IMG/VR virus record: IMGVR_UViG_3300020380_000001
Coordinates: 62,001-126,000 of that record
Direction: 5' to 3' (one strand)
DNA length: 64,000 nt
Each line of letters begins with the position of its first letter. Positions within the stretch are counted from its first letter, which is position 1. Below the pieces are notes generated by a model. That model was not told the DNA's origin, ran no database searches, and saw nothing but the letters and a program-made list of their open reading frames with translations. This document shows positions 37,733-47,047 of the stretch, in pieces. Made by a program: the position numbers and the translations under genes.

Positions 37733-38348
37733 TGAGATTTACCTTTCTAACGGGTATTTGGAAGAAGATCCGGATAACAAGTATAAGTTCTTAGTGCCGT
37801 CACCGTATTATACGAGTGGTAGAGAAAAGAACTTTGCCTTACTAGGATCCAAAGACAGAGAACTTATTAACCCGAGTAATGGTGACGAGTTTCTTTCTGA
37901 GTATAAGATCCTAAGCGTTGCTGAGTTCGAGGATGAAGAAGGCAACAATGGCTATGTGCCGTATACTGTGATGCTGTACTCAATTAAGGACACTATCGCA
38001 GAAAAGTCTGTATCGAATATGCTTGGTCCGGGTTATTCCCCTGACTTGTTTACAGAGTTTACCAGGTTAAGCTACCGCAACCTTTATCCGGTTTACGCAT
38101 GGGCACTTTTTAATGATCAGGTTCCTGAAGCCAAACGAATAATTGAAATGGTGGAAAGAAAGGAAATTAACGACGATTTTTTTGACTTTATTAGCCAAAC
38201 GGTATTGACTTTTAACAATAATAAGTTATTATCGTATGAAGAACTACAAACCGCGGCATCAGTACTACGGACGTTTGGCACTTCGCCAGATGTACTAGAG
38301 ATGCCGAACCAAGTTATACAAAGGGCAAGTGATGTCTTCACGGAGTAA
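37713..38348 (+). CDS. hypothetical protein
   Basis: ORF track. Confidence 0.65.
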   Translation: MVMIEHDEIYLSNGYLEEDPDNKYKFLVPSPYYTSGREKNFALLGSKDRELINPSNGDEFLSEYKILSVAEFEDEEGNNGYVPYTVMLYSIKDTIAEKSVSNMLGPGYSPDLFTEFTRLSYRNLYPVYAWALFNDQVPEAKRIIEMVERKEINDDFFDFISQTVLTFNNNKLLSYEELQTAASVLRTFGTSPDVLEMPNQVIQRASDVFTE

Positions 38349-39066
38349 TATCAAGCTGATGCGACTAGAACAGGCAAGAACTGGCATGCGTAAGATCCAG
38401 TCCGACGCGAAGGAGTTGTTAGACGGACTCGAGCCTTTCAAAGATTACTACGAGTTTTTTGATTACTGGCAATCAGTGCTTCCGACTGTGCGCACCCTTG
38501 CGTTACGTCACGCCGCTTATTACCTTTATACAATTGGTCGCCCGCATTGTGCGCTCAACTGCGTAGACGATATGATATCCGATCACTATAGAGTAAAAAT
38601 ATCCACACTGAACCGGGTGTCATCAAATACAATCGCTATAACCACCTCATCAACCCTAACTGAAATTAGCCTTAAAGTCAAAATATCCGATAAACACGAT
38701 AACAGTGATCTCTTTAACGTGTTAGGCATGCGTGGCTATGTACCTGTATTGGAAGCAATGTTCAGTGGGCTAGGTAGTATTGCACGCTACGGACACAATG
38801 GGGTGGTGGTTGTGTTAAATATAAACAAAGATAACCCGATCACTAGTCACGTAGTAGCCATGTCGGATGACTTTTTTGCTAACAACCTACTACATGTAGC
38901 GATGGAAAAATTACAAGGGGTATCTGACACCCGTCAATTACGTGAACGGATCGGAATCCCAGCAAGTACTTCCCGACGTCTATACCCGTGGGGAGAAGAA
39001 TTCAGTTCGAGCATAACTCGCACGGACGAATACGTCGAAGAGACGCCAACGTATAAGTTGGTTTAA
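38329..39066 (+). CDS. hypothetical protein
   Basis: ORF track. Confidence 0.65.
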   Translation: MMSSRSNIKLMRLEQARTGMRKIQSDAKELLDGLEPFKDYYEFFDYWQSVLPTVRTLALRHAAYYLYTIGRPHCALNCVDDMISDHYRVKISTLNRVSSNTIAITTSSTLTEISLKVKISDKHDNSDLFNVLGMRGYVPVLEAMFSGLGSIARYGHNGVVVVLNINKDNPITSHVVAMSDDFFANNLLHVAMEKLQGVSDTRQLRERIGIPASTSRRLYPWGEEFSSSITRTDEYVEETPTYKLV

Positions 39067-39081
39067 TTAAAACAAAAACCT

Positions 39082-40213
39082 ATCCGTGGAGGATATAATG
39101 TCAAGTAAAAAACACAAGTTAGCTGTCGTTATTGGCCGCTTTCAACTGTTCACCCAATCTCATATGTCAATGATCGAAGAAGCTTTAGATGTAGCGGATA
39201 ACGTCATCGTATTAGTTGGGTCCATCAACCGATCTCAAAGTTTGTCTAACCCGTTTAATTACGAAGAACGCAGAGAAATGATCCGTAAGTCATTACGTGG
39301 TGATTCACTCTACCGTGTCGAAATTAAAGGTGTGAATGACTACATGTACGTAGAGTATGACTGGGAGTCTGAAGTTCAACGCGTTGTCCACGAGCATGCT
39401 CAACGATTACGCATTACGTCGAACAAAGACATTGTCCTTGTGGGTCATATCAAAGATAATACAAGTTACTACCTGCGCTCGTTCCCTACTTGGGATATGC
39501 ATGATGTCAGTCTTCTTAACAACGGCGAAAATGCTACCGAGCATCGCAACCGTTACTTTAAAGAAGGCACGGTAAGTGATTCACTGCCAAGCGGTACAGT
39601 CGGCTTTTTAGAAGAGTACAAAGATGGCGAAGGGTTTGAATGGATGCAAGGTCACATCGCTGGCATTGAAGAATTTCAAGCACCGTATAAGGACTTGCCT
39701 TATGGTATGACATTCCAGACAGGCGACGCGCTAGTAATCAACCGCGGACACATTTTAATGGTAGAACGCGGTCAACATCCGGGCTATGGTCAATGGGCTT
39801 TGCCAGGAGGCTTTAAGCACCCAGGTGAATGGGCACGGGATTGCATTTTGCGTGAGTTGGAAGAAGAGACTCTAATAAAAGTAGGTCCTAAGGCGCTGAA
39901 AGGCGCGTATAAAGGCAAGCGGTTTTTTGAAGGCCCTGGACGCGACGATCGTGGTGACTTGAGTACCCATGTTGGTTTGTTCATCCTAGACGAAGACAAG
40001 CTGCCAAAAGTGAAAGGCGCTGACGATGCCAAAAAAGCTCGCTGGATACCTTTCGCGCAATATCGAAGAATGAGCAAAGTCTTGTTCGCTGACCACTATT
40101 TCATTATCGATCAGATGTTGAAGAGCGGTTACGGCACAGGCTTTACTTTATAGGCGCAGAGCCGGGGCATGGTGCCCTTATTTTAAGAAAACAACAACGA
40201 TCCGTGGAGGATA
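39082..40213 (+). repeat. identical 14-nt ATCCGTGGAGGATA over the RBS of both NAD genes (39082-39095, 40200-40213)
   Basis: Read directly; both copies end 2 nt before the ATG. Confidence 0.8.
39098..40153 (+). CDS. nadM: bifunctional NMN adenylyltransferase / ADP-ribose Nudix hydrolase (NadM-Nudix, NatV-like)
   Basis: IGRFQLFTQSH, GSIN...NPFNYEER, Nudix box ALPGGFKHPGEWARDCILRELEEET, GADDA, FADH. Confidence 0.92.
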   Translation: MSSKKHKLAVVIGRFQLFTQSHMSMIEEALDVADNVIVLVGSINRSQSLSNPFNYEERREMIRKSLRGDSLYRVEIKGVNDYMYVEYDWESEVQRVVHEHAQRLRITSNKDIVLVGHIKDNTSYYLRSFPTWDMHDVSLLNNGENATEHRNRYFKEGTVSDSLPSGTVGFLEEYKDGEGFEWMQGHIAGIEEFQAPYKDLPYGMTFQTGDALVINRGHILMVERGQHPGYGQWALPGGFKHPGEWARDCILRELEEETLIKVGPKALKGAYKGKRFFEGPGRDDRGDLSTHVGLFILDEDKLPKVKGADDAKKARWIPFAQYRRMSKVLFADHYFIIDQMLKSGYGTGFTL

Positions 40214-40215
40214 CT

Positions 40216-41646
40216 ATGAAACAAATACCATTAATTTTTAAAACTGATTCGTATAAAACTGGTCACTTTGAACAGATGAACCGTGATGCAGATCGAATTT
40301 ACATTTATGGCGAAAGTCGTTATGGATTCGATAACCTAGTATGGTACGGCCTGCAAGGTATCATAAAACTGCACCTCACGGAAACGATTACTGTCGAATC
40401 TGTGGAACAGATGCGCCGCTTTACTGAAGCGCACGGCACGTCATTTAACTATGACGGCTGGATGGACATCGCAGTTAACTTTGAAGGAAAGCTACCGTTT
40501 ACCATTCGTGCATTGCCCGAGGGTATGGTAGTACCTAGTAGAACGCCTGTATTTGTACTTTACAATGAAGGCGGAAAGCGCACTTCGTGGCTTATACCTT
40601 ATTTTGAAGCATTGCTTCAGCGAGTATGGTATCCTACGGTAGTTGCGTCTAAGGATCTTGAGAAGTATGCAATGTTACGCAAATGGGCCGAAAAGTCGGT
40701 TGATGATGTTGATGCCTACTTGGCGTTTGCATTACACGACTTTGGCGCACGCGGTGCAAGCTCTAGCGAAACGGCAGCAATCGGTGGATCGGCTCACCTT
40801 ATGGGGATGTTCCGTGGAACTGACACATTAGAAGGTGCTTGGTTTGCCAAAGAAGCATATGGTCTAAACGACGATGTCGCCGGCTACTCGGTTAACGCTA
40901 TAGAACACAATGTAGTTCTGTCGCATGGCGTTGAGAATGAGTATAATCTGTTTAAAGATTTAATTGACATGTATTTGCCTGCCGGAAAAATCATCAGTAT
41001 CGTGAGTGACACTCGTGATATAGATGCTGCGGTTGATTGGTATATTGCCAATCAAGACTACATTGCTGACCAAGCTGCCAAAGGCGGCGAAGGCGCCCGC
41101 GTTGTAGGCCGCCCTGACTCGGGCGACGCGATTGAGGTTCCGGTAAGAGTGGTTAAAAAGCTCATTAAAGGCATGAGCAAGTACGTCACTAAGAACGACA
41201 AGGGTTACCTTGTGTTGCCTAGCTGGATGCGTGTTATCCAAGGTGATGGTGTTGAGCTTGAGCAAATGGACGCGATCCATACTTTGCTTACTGACGCTGG
41301 CATCTCTGCTGAAAACATTATATTCGGGCAAGGTGGTTCTATGTTGCAAGCGCACGGTCGTGATGACGCGGGCTTTGCGATGAAAATGTCTGCGATGGAA
41401 ATTGATGGCAAAATGGTTAAAACAGCCAAGAAGCCAAAAACGGATACTCGCAAGCACAGCCGTGAAGGTTACTTTAAGGTTGCGCGAGACGAAAACGGTG
41501 ACATTGTTACACTAGCTACTGATGATCCAGAGAACTCTGGCTTACTAGAAGTTGTGTATTCAAATGGTGAATTGATTAGAGATATGACATTCGACCAAGT
41601 ACGTGCCAACTACGAAATCTACGTTAATAAGAAATGGAACTGTTAA
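40216..41646 (+). CDS. nadV: nicotinamide phosphoribosyltransferase (NAMPT)
   Basis: KTDSYK, LHDFGARG, GTDT, AIEHN, SIVSDT, RPDSGD, VIQGDG, FGQGGSMLQ. Confidence 0.93.
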   Translation: MKQIPLIFKTDSYKTGHFEQMNRDADRIYIYGESRYGFDNLVWYGLQGIIKLHLTETITVESVEQMRRFTEAHGTSFNYDGWMDIAVNFEGKLPFTIRALPEGMVVPSRTPVFVLYNEGGKRTSWLIPYFEALLQRVWYPTVVASKDLEKYAMLRKWAEKSVDDVDAYLAFALHDFGARGASSSETAAIGGSAHLMGMFRGTDTLEGAWFAKEAYGLNDDVAGYSVNAIEHNVVLSHGVENEYNLFKDLIDMYLPAGKIISIVSDTRDIDAAVDWYIANQDYIADQAAKGGEGARVVGRPDSGDAIEVPVRVVKKLIKGMSKYVTKNDKGYLVLPSWMRVIQGDGVELEQMDAIHTLLTDAGISAENIIFGQGGSMLQAHGRDDAGFAMKMSAMEIDGKMVKTAKKPKTDTRKHSREGYFKVARDENGDIVTLATDDPENSGLLEVVYSNGELIRDMTFDQVRANYEIYVNKKWNC

Positions 41647-41661
41647 TTAGTTCAAAACTGT

Positions 41662-41695
41662 AAAAAGGCTGGCCATTGTGCTGGCCTTTTTCTTT
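41662..41695 (+). terminator. intrinsic terminator after nadV
   Basis: AAAGGCTGGC-CATTGT-GCTGGCCTTT followed by a T-rich tract. Confidence 0.75.
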
Positions 41696-41702
41696 TAATG
41701 TC

Positions 41703-41730
41703 TTGCTTTGGATTATCATTGTGTTAGAAT
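41703..41730 (+). promoter_or_regulatory. sigma70-type promoter TTGCTT-16-(TGn)TAGAAT
   Basis: After the nadV terminator, before the membrane-gene cluster. Confidence 0.5.
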
Positions 41731-41760
41731 GTTCTTGAACAATTTAAAACAAGGTAAAAG

Positions 41761-42030
41761 ATGATGCGCAATTTAAAGCCGTATACGTGGAAAATCATTT
41801 TCGAAAGTGTCGCTGTAGTGGCAGGATGGATAATACTAGGTCTTTTGAACGCTCTTGCTGCTGACGTGTTCTACTTCAACGAGGGTGTGGCTCAAGACTT
41901 ACGTGTATCACTCGGTGTGGTAATCGGTGTAATGATACTAGTGGGCTCGTTTATCGGGTGCATTGTACTTGCGACTACTTTCCCGCGCTGGCGTTATTAT
42001 AAAGAAGTGTTTGAAAAGGGTGAATCATGA
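41761..42030 (+). CDS. small 2-TM membrane protein
   Basis: Two hydrophobic helices. Confidence 0.7.
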   Translation: MMRNLKPYTWKIIFESVAVVAGWIILGLLNALAADVFYFNEGVAQDLRVSLGVVIGVMILVGSFIGCIVLATTFPRWRYYKEVFEKGES

Positions 42031-42248
42031 AACAAGAAATGAATTATGCTTTGTTAAAACGAGTAGCGTGTGCGTGTGCGCTTCTGTTGTGTGTCATTTT
42101 TGGTTGTGCACTACAAATGGTAATCAACGGCACTGAGCCAGTGTTTGGCGGCGTAGTCCTAGTATTTGTAATGTTGGTGTTGCCACTGACTGTGCTAATG
42201 CTGCGAATTGCTTTCCGTAAGCAGGAAACCTTGAAGAAAGGCGCATGA
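42027..42248 (+). CDS. small 2-TM membrane protein
   Basis: Two hydrophobic helices; ATGA overlap. Confidence 0.7.
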   Translation: MKQEMNYALLKRVACACALLLCVIFGCALQMVINGTEPVFGGVVLVFVMLVLPLTVLMLRIAFRKQETLKKGA

Positions 42249-42299
42249 TCTAGCGCCACAGACTTCTAATAACAATAAGAATAATAATAGGAGTAACTT

Positions 42300-42590
42300 A
42301 TGCAAAATCACGAAGAGGCTGTGTCTACGAAGCACACAGACTTTGTTAAATTATGTCTACGGGTCGCTTGGTTCGTAGTTTGTAGTATCACGCTGTACGC
42401 ATCATCTATGTCATTATTGTCGGTGGTGATGGAAGTTGTCAGCGCCCAGAGCTTAGACGCAGTGTTCGTTCGAACGGTCGTCGGTATGCTTGTATCGGTA
42501 GTCTTTATTTTTACAGTTTATGTGTTGTTCCAGGCCATAATCGGTAATAGAATGCGAGAGAAGACCGATGCAACAGAAAACTCTAATTGA
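42300..42590 (+). CDS. small 2-TM membrane protein
   Basis: Two hydrophobic helices; AGGAG RBS. Confidence 0.7.
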   Translation: MQNHEEAVSTKHTDFVKLCLRVAWFVVCSITLYASSMSLLSVVMEVVSAQSLDAVFVRTVVGMLVSVVFIFTVYVLFQAIIGNRMREKTDATENSN

Positions 42591-42807
42591 TGTAGTTATT
42601 ACCCTAATTGGGTATATTTCGTTTATTGTTGCTGAATACTTTTTAACATTGGTAGTGGTTGACGCACTGGCTACGGTGCCTGACCCTAGCTTAATAATAG
42701 TATTCTTACTGGTGCCGTTTGTGTGGTCAACATATGTTTGTTCGCAATATGCGATTGATGTGGTGTTAACTTACTATAACTCAAGGAAAAGGAATAAGAA
42801 CCGATGA
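42568..42807 (+). CDS. small 2-TM membrane protein
   Basis: Two hydrophobic helices. Confidence 0.65.
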   Translation: MQQKTLIDVVITLIGYISFIVAEYFLTLVVVDALATVPDPSLIIVFLLVPFVWSTYVCSQYAIDVVLTYYNSRKRNKNR

Positions 42808-43058
42808 GTGGGATCACAAGCAACAAAACAGCCATGCTGATAATTCGTCCGGTGTCATTTATATTGGCGCTAGTTGGTATACTTTTATTAGTGATAGGCT
42901 TTTTTGCTACACTAGAGGGTATATCTGCCTACGCTGATTTACACGGCGTGCATCGCATGAATATTTTACCAGCAATCATGCTTGGCGCACTGGCGTTGAC
43001 CATGTCGCTTGCTTTAATGTTGTCTGGATGGACAAGGATTTATTCAAACAGAAAATAA
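42804..43058 (+). CDS. small 2-TM membrane protein
   Basis: Two hydrophobic helices; ATGA overlap. Confidence 0.7.
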   Translation: MSGITSNKTAMLIIRPVSFILALVGILLLVIGFFATLEGISAYADLHGVHRMNILPAIMLGALALTMSLALMLSGWTRIYSNRK

Positions 43059-43073
43059 AGTTGAAAATAAATC

Positions 43074-43102
43074 TTGTTTGCTCTTTGAGTGTTTGCTATA
43101 TT
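43074..43102 (+). promoter_or_regulatory. sigma70-type promoter TTGTTT-17-(TGn)TATATT
   Basis: A-rich UP element, intergenic. Confidence 0.6.
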
Positions 43103-43135
43103 AGTGACACTTAGAGAGCAAAGCGAGATTTAAAA

Positions 43136-43384
43136 ATGGCAGAATTAACTAGAACAGATTTCCAAAAAGCTAAAGAAATTTGCAAAGCGCATGGCGTAAA
43201 AGGCTTCCGTAAACTTGCGCTGAAACGTCCATTGTATATTGCAGGCAAGCAATGTATTAAAATCGAAAACGCTCAAAAACTCCTCATTGATTTACACAGT
43301 GCCGGGTACGGTATCCGTGACTACCAAACTTGTTTTGAGCTTGCCCAAAAAGGCATGCTTGATTGCGTAACTATCTCTTTATAA
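43136..43384 (+). CDS. early hypothetical protein
   Basis: ORF track; directly after a sigma70 promoter. Confidence 0.7.
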   Translation: MAELTRTDFQKAKEICKAHGVKGFRKLALKRPLYIAGKQCIKIENAQKLLIDLHSAGYGIRDYQTCFELAQKGMLDCVTISL

Positions 43385-43385
43385 G

Positions 43386-43652
43386 GTGAATGACATGGCT
43401 TCGGTAGCAATCGATCCTAACACACTTGTCGGTAATGATATTTCTCACAACCGCAGCACGTGGCGTGTCACTAACTATTCACCGTACGATGCTGAAAAGC
43501 TGCCAAACTTGGTGCGAGTTTGCGAAGAAAACGACAAATTCCCAGGCGTGTTTACCTGCGCGAAGGTCCTAAAAAGCGGCGAAACTTCAAAGAAAGTCGC
43601 TAATTTATTTTTGTGCTTTACAGATGGAAAGTCATTTGTTAAAATGATTTAA
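43386..43652 (+). CDS. hypothetical protein
   Basis: ORF track. Confidence 0.65.
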   Translation: MNDMASVAIDPNTLVGNDISHNRSTWRVTNYSPYDAEKLPNLVRVCEENDKFPGVFTCAKVLKSGETSKKVANLFLCFTDGKSFVKMI

Positions 43653-43676
43653 AATAAAAAGACCTTTAGGACATTT

Positions 43677-44186
43677 ATGACAGCTTCTGTTGAATGGAAA
43701 GAACAGCACCCGGGCGTACATCAAGCCTCATGGCAACAGTTACAGGACTTGATGCCCGATGTAGCGCTGCTAGTGGCTAAAACGTTCGTTGACGATCCTG
43801 CTTACTTTACCTGGGACGTGAAAGTCCACATGCTAATGCCCGGGCAGTACCCATGTATACCTAACTGGCATTATGATAATGTTCCGCGAGTAAACAACGT
43901 GCAAGACTGGGACAGGGTTAAACTCGACAAGCCTATGTATTTGTACCTTAGCGGTCATCCACTCACAGAGTTTAGGAAAGGTGATTCAATCTGGACAGTG
44001 CCTGCTGGTGAATGGTATCGTTTTACGCAAGAAGACGAGCACCGCGGAACAGTGTCGGAAACATTCACCTGGCGTGGGTTCATACGCGCAACACATAAAG
44101 ACATCCTACCTGCCAACAAAGCAGGCTCCAATCCACTTAGGCGTCACACTCAAGTATACCTTGACGCTGCAAACTTCAAATGGTGA
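43677..44186 (+). CDS. 2-oxoglutarate/Fe(II) dioxygenase-like (DSBH) protein
   Basis: HxD in PNWHYDNVP, distal His in DEHRG, Arg in WRGFIR. Confidence 0.55.
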   Translation: MTASVEWKEQHPGVHQASWQQLQDLMPDVALLVAKTFVDDPAYFTWDVKVHMLMPGQYPCIPNWHYDNVPRVNNVQDWDRVKLDKPMYLYLSGHPLTEFRKGDSIWTVPAGEWYRFTQEDEHRGTVSETFTWRGFIRATHKDILPANKAGSNPLRRHTQVYLDAANFKW

Positions 44187-44192
44187 AACACT

Positions 44193-44345
44193 ATGGTTAC
44201 ATTAACAGAAGTTAAGCAAAAAGCAAAAGAGAAAGGCATCGAAGCTGAATACGTGTACAACAAAGCGCGTAGCTGTATCGAGGTTATCATGCCTGACGGT
44301 TTCAAGTACAAGTCACTGTCAGACTTTAAAAAGGCACTGCTATGA
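44193..44345 (+). CDS. small hypothetical protein (50 aa, MVTLTEVKQKAKEKG...), absent from the track
   Basis: Translated by hand; fills the gap and has an ATGA overlap with the next gene. Confidence 0.65.
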   Translation: MVTLTEVKQKAKEKGIEAEYVYNKARSCIEVIMPDGFKYKSLSDFKKALL

Positions 44346-44929
44346 TGCTTTGGGGCAAGCCTGCAGGCGTTATGTTGCGTCTGAATACTGAGGCTGACTT
44401 AATCAAACTGATTAACAAAATGGGCGTTCATGACGAACACACATTAAACATTGCCGGTATCCATCTCAAGTACAGGCAAATGACCCCTGAAGAACTTGCC
44501 GAAGAAAAGCTCACGTATGATCCGGAAATGCCGGAGAACACCGAAGTATTCATGGCCGAATACGGCCGCGGTGACTTTAACATCATTCCTATGTTTGACA
44601 AAAATCAGTTCATGACTTTTGACGAGCAATTAGCAAAGCGCGAGCGCGGGTACGTGTTCAACCTAACACCGGGCACATACGACCTCGACAAGGACATATA
44701 CCCTAGTTTCCCCGTTGTGCTTTATGCTGTGTTAGACAATAGCTACGGACGTGGTGGCAGCTTGACTATTGAAATTTGGAACGTGTCACCGATTGACAGT
44801 ATAACAACTGTTGACGACTTGCAGCGTATCGAAGACGAGCACGGTGAAAAGTGGGTCAACAATTTAGACACAGCCATTGAGATGCAGAAGCGTCTTGAGG
44901 CAGCAAGGCAAAAAGAACAAAAACAATGA
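44342..44929 (+). CDS. hypothetical protein
   Basis: ORF track. Confidence 0.7.
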   Translation: MMLWGKPAGVMLRLNTEADLIKLINKMGVHDEHTLNIAGIHLKYRQMTPEELAEEKLTYDPEMPENTEVFMAEYGRGDFNIIPMFDKNQFMTFDEQLAKRERGYVFNLTPGTYDLDKDIYPSFPVVLYAVLDNSYGRGGSLTIEIWNVSPIDSITTVDDLQRIEDEHGEKWVNNLDTAIEMQKRLEAARQKEQKQ

Positions 44930-45237
44930 CAGTATATTCTGATGAAGACATGAAGCGCATCGTGGATGAAAACATTCGCTTGCGCGGTGAGTTAGCAAGC
45001 TGTGAACGTTTGGCAGCTGGCGGCGTTTATTACACGTTGGAAGAATTGCAACACTCGCGCGATCATTGGGTGGTAACCGAAATTGCAAACTATGAAGGCG
45101 GGAATATCCGCCCAATTACTGCCCGTGCACTGAGTGCATTCGCTCAAAAAGAAAAGAAGGCGTTAGTGCTCTCTTTACTTAAGGATGGTACAATAACTTC
45201 CGTTCAAGCTGCTGATATTATTAAGGGGTTAGAATGA
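44926..45237 (+). CDS. hypothetical protein
   Basis: ORF track; ATGA overlap. Confidence 0.65.
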   Translation: MTVYSDEDMKRIVDENIRLRGELASCERLAAGGVYYTLEELQHSRDHWVVTEIANYEGGNIRPITARALSAFAQKEKKALVLSLLKDGTITSVQAADIIKGLE

Positions 45238-45527
45238 CAGTTTCAATACAAGACAGGTTAGAATACTACCGTGAGCTCCAAGCAAACAACGACCCGAGTT
45301 TATTGCCTACAGCTGAAGGATACACCCGTGCATTTGATGGTACCGTTGTTCCTGAACGTGGCGAACCTGCACCGTGCGGTAATGAAACGTATTTCGACCA
45401 TGATTCAGGCTATGCGTACCGTTGCTCTGCTTGTATGGCGGTTGTTGGGTCTACGGGTATGCCTCGTGAGTGTTACAACCTCATGAAGACTATGGAAATA
45501 TTACAGTCAGGAAAGAAAGATGTATAA
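45234..45527 (+). CDS. hypothetical protein with zinc-binding cysteines
   Basis: PCG...YRCSAC...ECY. Confidence 0.65.
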   Translation: MTVSIQDRLEYYRELQANNDPSLLPTAEGYTRAFDGTVVPERGEPAPCGNETYFDHDSGYAYRCSACMAVVGSTGMPRECYNLMKTMEILQSGKKDV

Positions 45528-45783
45528 TATGATTATGCCGATGTTTGTGCGTTATGGATTGCCTGTTATTTACTCTATTATTAGCACGCTGATAGCTGCA
45601 TTCGTAGTTGCTGGCCTGTTATGGGGCTTGGCCTCCGAGGAGTCTAAAGTTCAATTTTTCACAAAGTACAATGACGGAGATGTTTCGTTCTTGTTCTTGT
45701 TGGCATGTGTGTGCTTTGTCGGTGTGTTCGCCGAATTACTTGGATATTTTGGAAAACTATTAGTAAAGGTTATAAAGAAATGA
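45520..45783 (+). CDS. small 2-TM membrane protein
   Basis: Two hydrophobic helices. Confidence 0.65.
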   Translation: MYNMIMPMFVRYGLPVIYSIISTLIAAFVVAGLLWGLASEESKVQFFTKYNDGDVSFLFLLACVCFVGVFAELLGYFGKLLVKVIKK

Positions 45784-46235
45784 TTGATGAAAATGAACTA
45801 ATTGCAAAGTTATTGCGACATATATTGAACGACACGTCTGGTACTACCATTTATGATATGCGTATGATACTAGAAGACGGTGAAGACCCGGAAGGGTATG
45901 AGGCTATTGTTTTTCAGCCCGATGCGAGTTTAGTTCCGGTAGATGAAATGTGTCACGATACATTTATTGTTATTTCCTTTACTGAGCAGTTAAACTCTAA
46001 CGAAAAGGTCACCACGGTTACTGTATTGGGTGAAACAGACGATAAGCCTGTGCGACATGCTAGTGACGTATTGCTTGGTTACCCTGAACAACTTTTCACA
46101 ACAGACAGCACAAACGGCGGTTTTACCGAAGTGGGCGAGTTGTTTGATCAAATAATGATTCGATTACATACCCGTGAAGCTTCGGAACAAGATGCACGTC
46201 GAACTGGTACATTGAAATTATTTTCAAACTTATAG
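45780..46235 (+). CDS. hypothetical protein
   Basis: ORF track frame; start moved to ATG 45780 (ATGA overlap). Confidence 0.65.
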   Translation: MIDENELIAKLLRHILNDTSGTTIYDMRMILEDGEDPEGYEAIVFQPDASLVPVDEMCHDTFIVISFTEQLNSNEKVTTVTVLGETDDKPVRHASDVLLGYPEQLFTTDSTNGGFTEVGELFDQIMIRLHTREASEQDARRTGTLKLFSNL

Positions 46236-46244
46236 CCAAAAGTC

Positions 46245-46273
46245 TTTACAAAAGATAAAAGGTTGTGTATCTT
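46245..46273 (+). promoter_or_regulatory. sigma70-type promoter TTTACA-17-TATCTT
   Basis: Intergenic, before 46309. Confidence 0.5.
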
Positions 46274-46308
46274 ATAATTGAAACGTTAACTTAATAAGGT
46301 ACACAACT

Positions 46309-46683
46309 ATGGCAACTTCAAAAGAAATTATCCACTCTATCCTTGATTCAATTACTGCGCCTGGTCCACTAGAGCGCGTATCAAGTGACCTTAATAAACT
46401 AGTGCTAAAGGTGCCTAGTTCATTGAACCCTGGCACACATGCAACATTTGAACTTATCCGTACTAATGTTGAGTTTAACGTAGTCATTAATGTGCGTTCA
46501 ACTGTGTTCAATAACGGCGAAGAAGTTCGTAATTGGGTTGTTCATAACGACGTTGACTCGGTTGATAAAAACATCATTGACAAATGGTACGCCGCTGAAA
46601 TGGCAGCTACTGTCAACGAGATGAATCGTCCGAACGACGGCATCACTGAACTCAAGCGCTTTTATCAATCAAAGCAGGCATAA
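46309..46683 (+). CDS. early hypothetical protein
   Basis: After a sigma70-like promoter; AAGGT RBS. Confidence 0.7.
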   Translation: MATSKEIIHSILDSITAPGPLERVSSDLNKLVLKVPSSLNPGTHATFELIRTNVEFNVVINVRSTVFNNGEEVRNWVVHNDVDSVDKNIIDKWYAAEMAATVNEMNRPNDGITELKRFYQSKQA

Positions 46684-46684
46684 T

Positions 46685-47047
46685 ATGAAAAGAAAATTTA
46701 CTGAACTAACGTTCGTTGAGCTAGCGGCAATTGCCGCTAGCGTCAGTGTCGCTACTGGTAAAAATGTACTGACGACTGGCGCTGACGCAACATGCGAAAA
46801 ATACGGCTTACTATCCGTATATGAAGCGCGTGCTATTAACCTAATACTTTGCGCACCCGACTCGCTGGAAGTTATGAACAAGCTCGTCGCACATATGGGC
46901 GACAAAGCTAGCACGCTCACACTCGGATCACCTGACGTGTTGTGTGACATATTTTCGTGCCCGGACGTTGAGCTCGACTACCTTGGTAGGTTCCTGTCAA
47001 ATGTTGCCAACCGTGTTAGGTCTCTCGAGGAGCAATACCGTGACTGA
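46685..47047 (+). CDS. hypothetical protein
   Basis: ORF track. Confidence 0.65.
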   Translation: MKRKFTELTFVELAAIAASVSVATGKNVLTTGADATCEKYGLLSVYEARAINLILCAPDSLEVMNKLVAHMGDKASTLTLGSPDVLCDIFSCPDVELDYLGRFLSNVANRVRSLEEQYRD

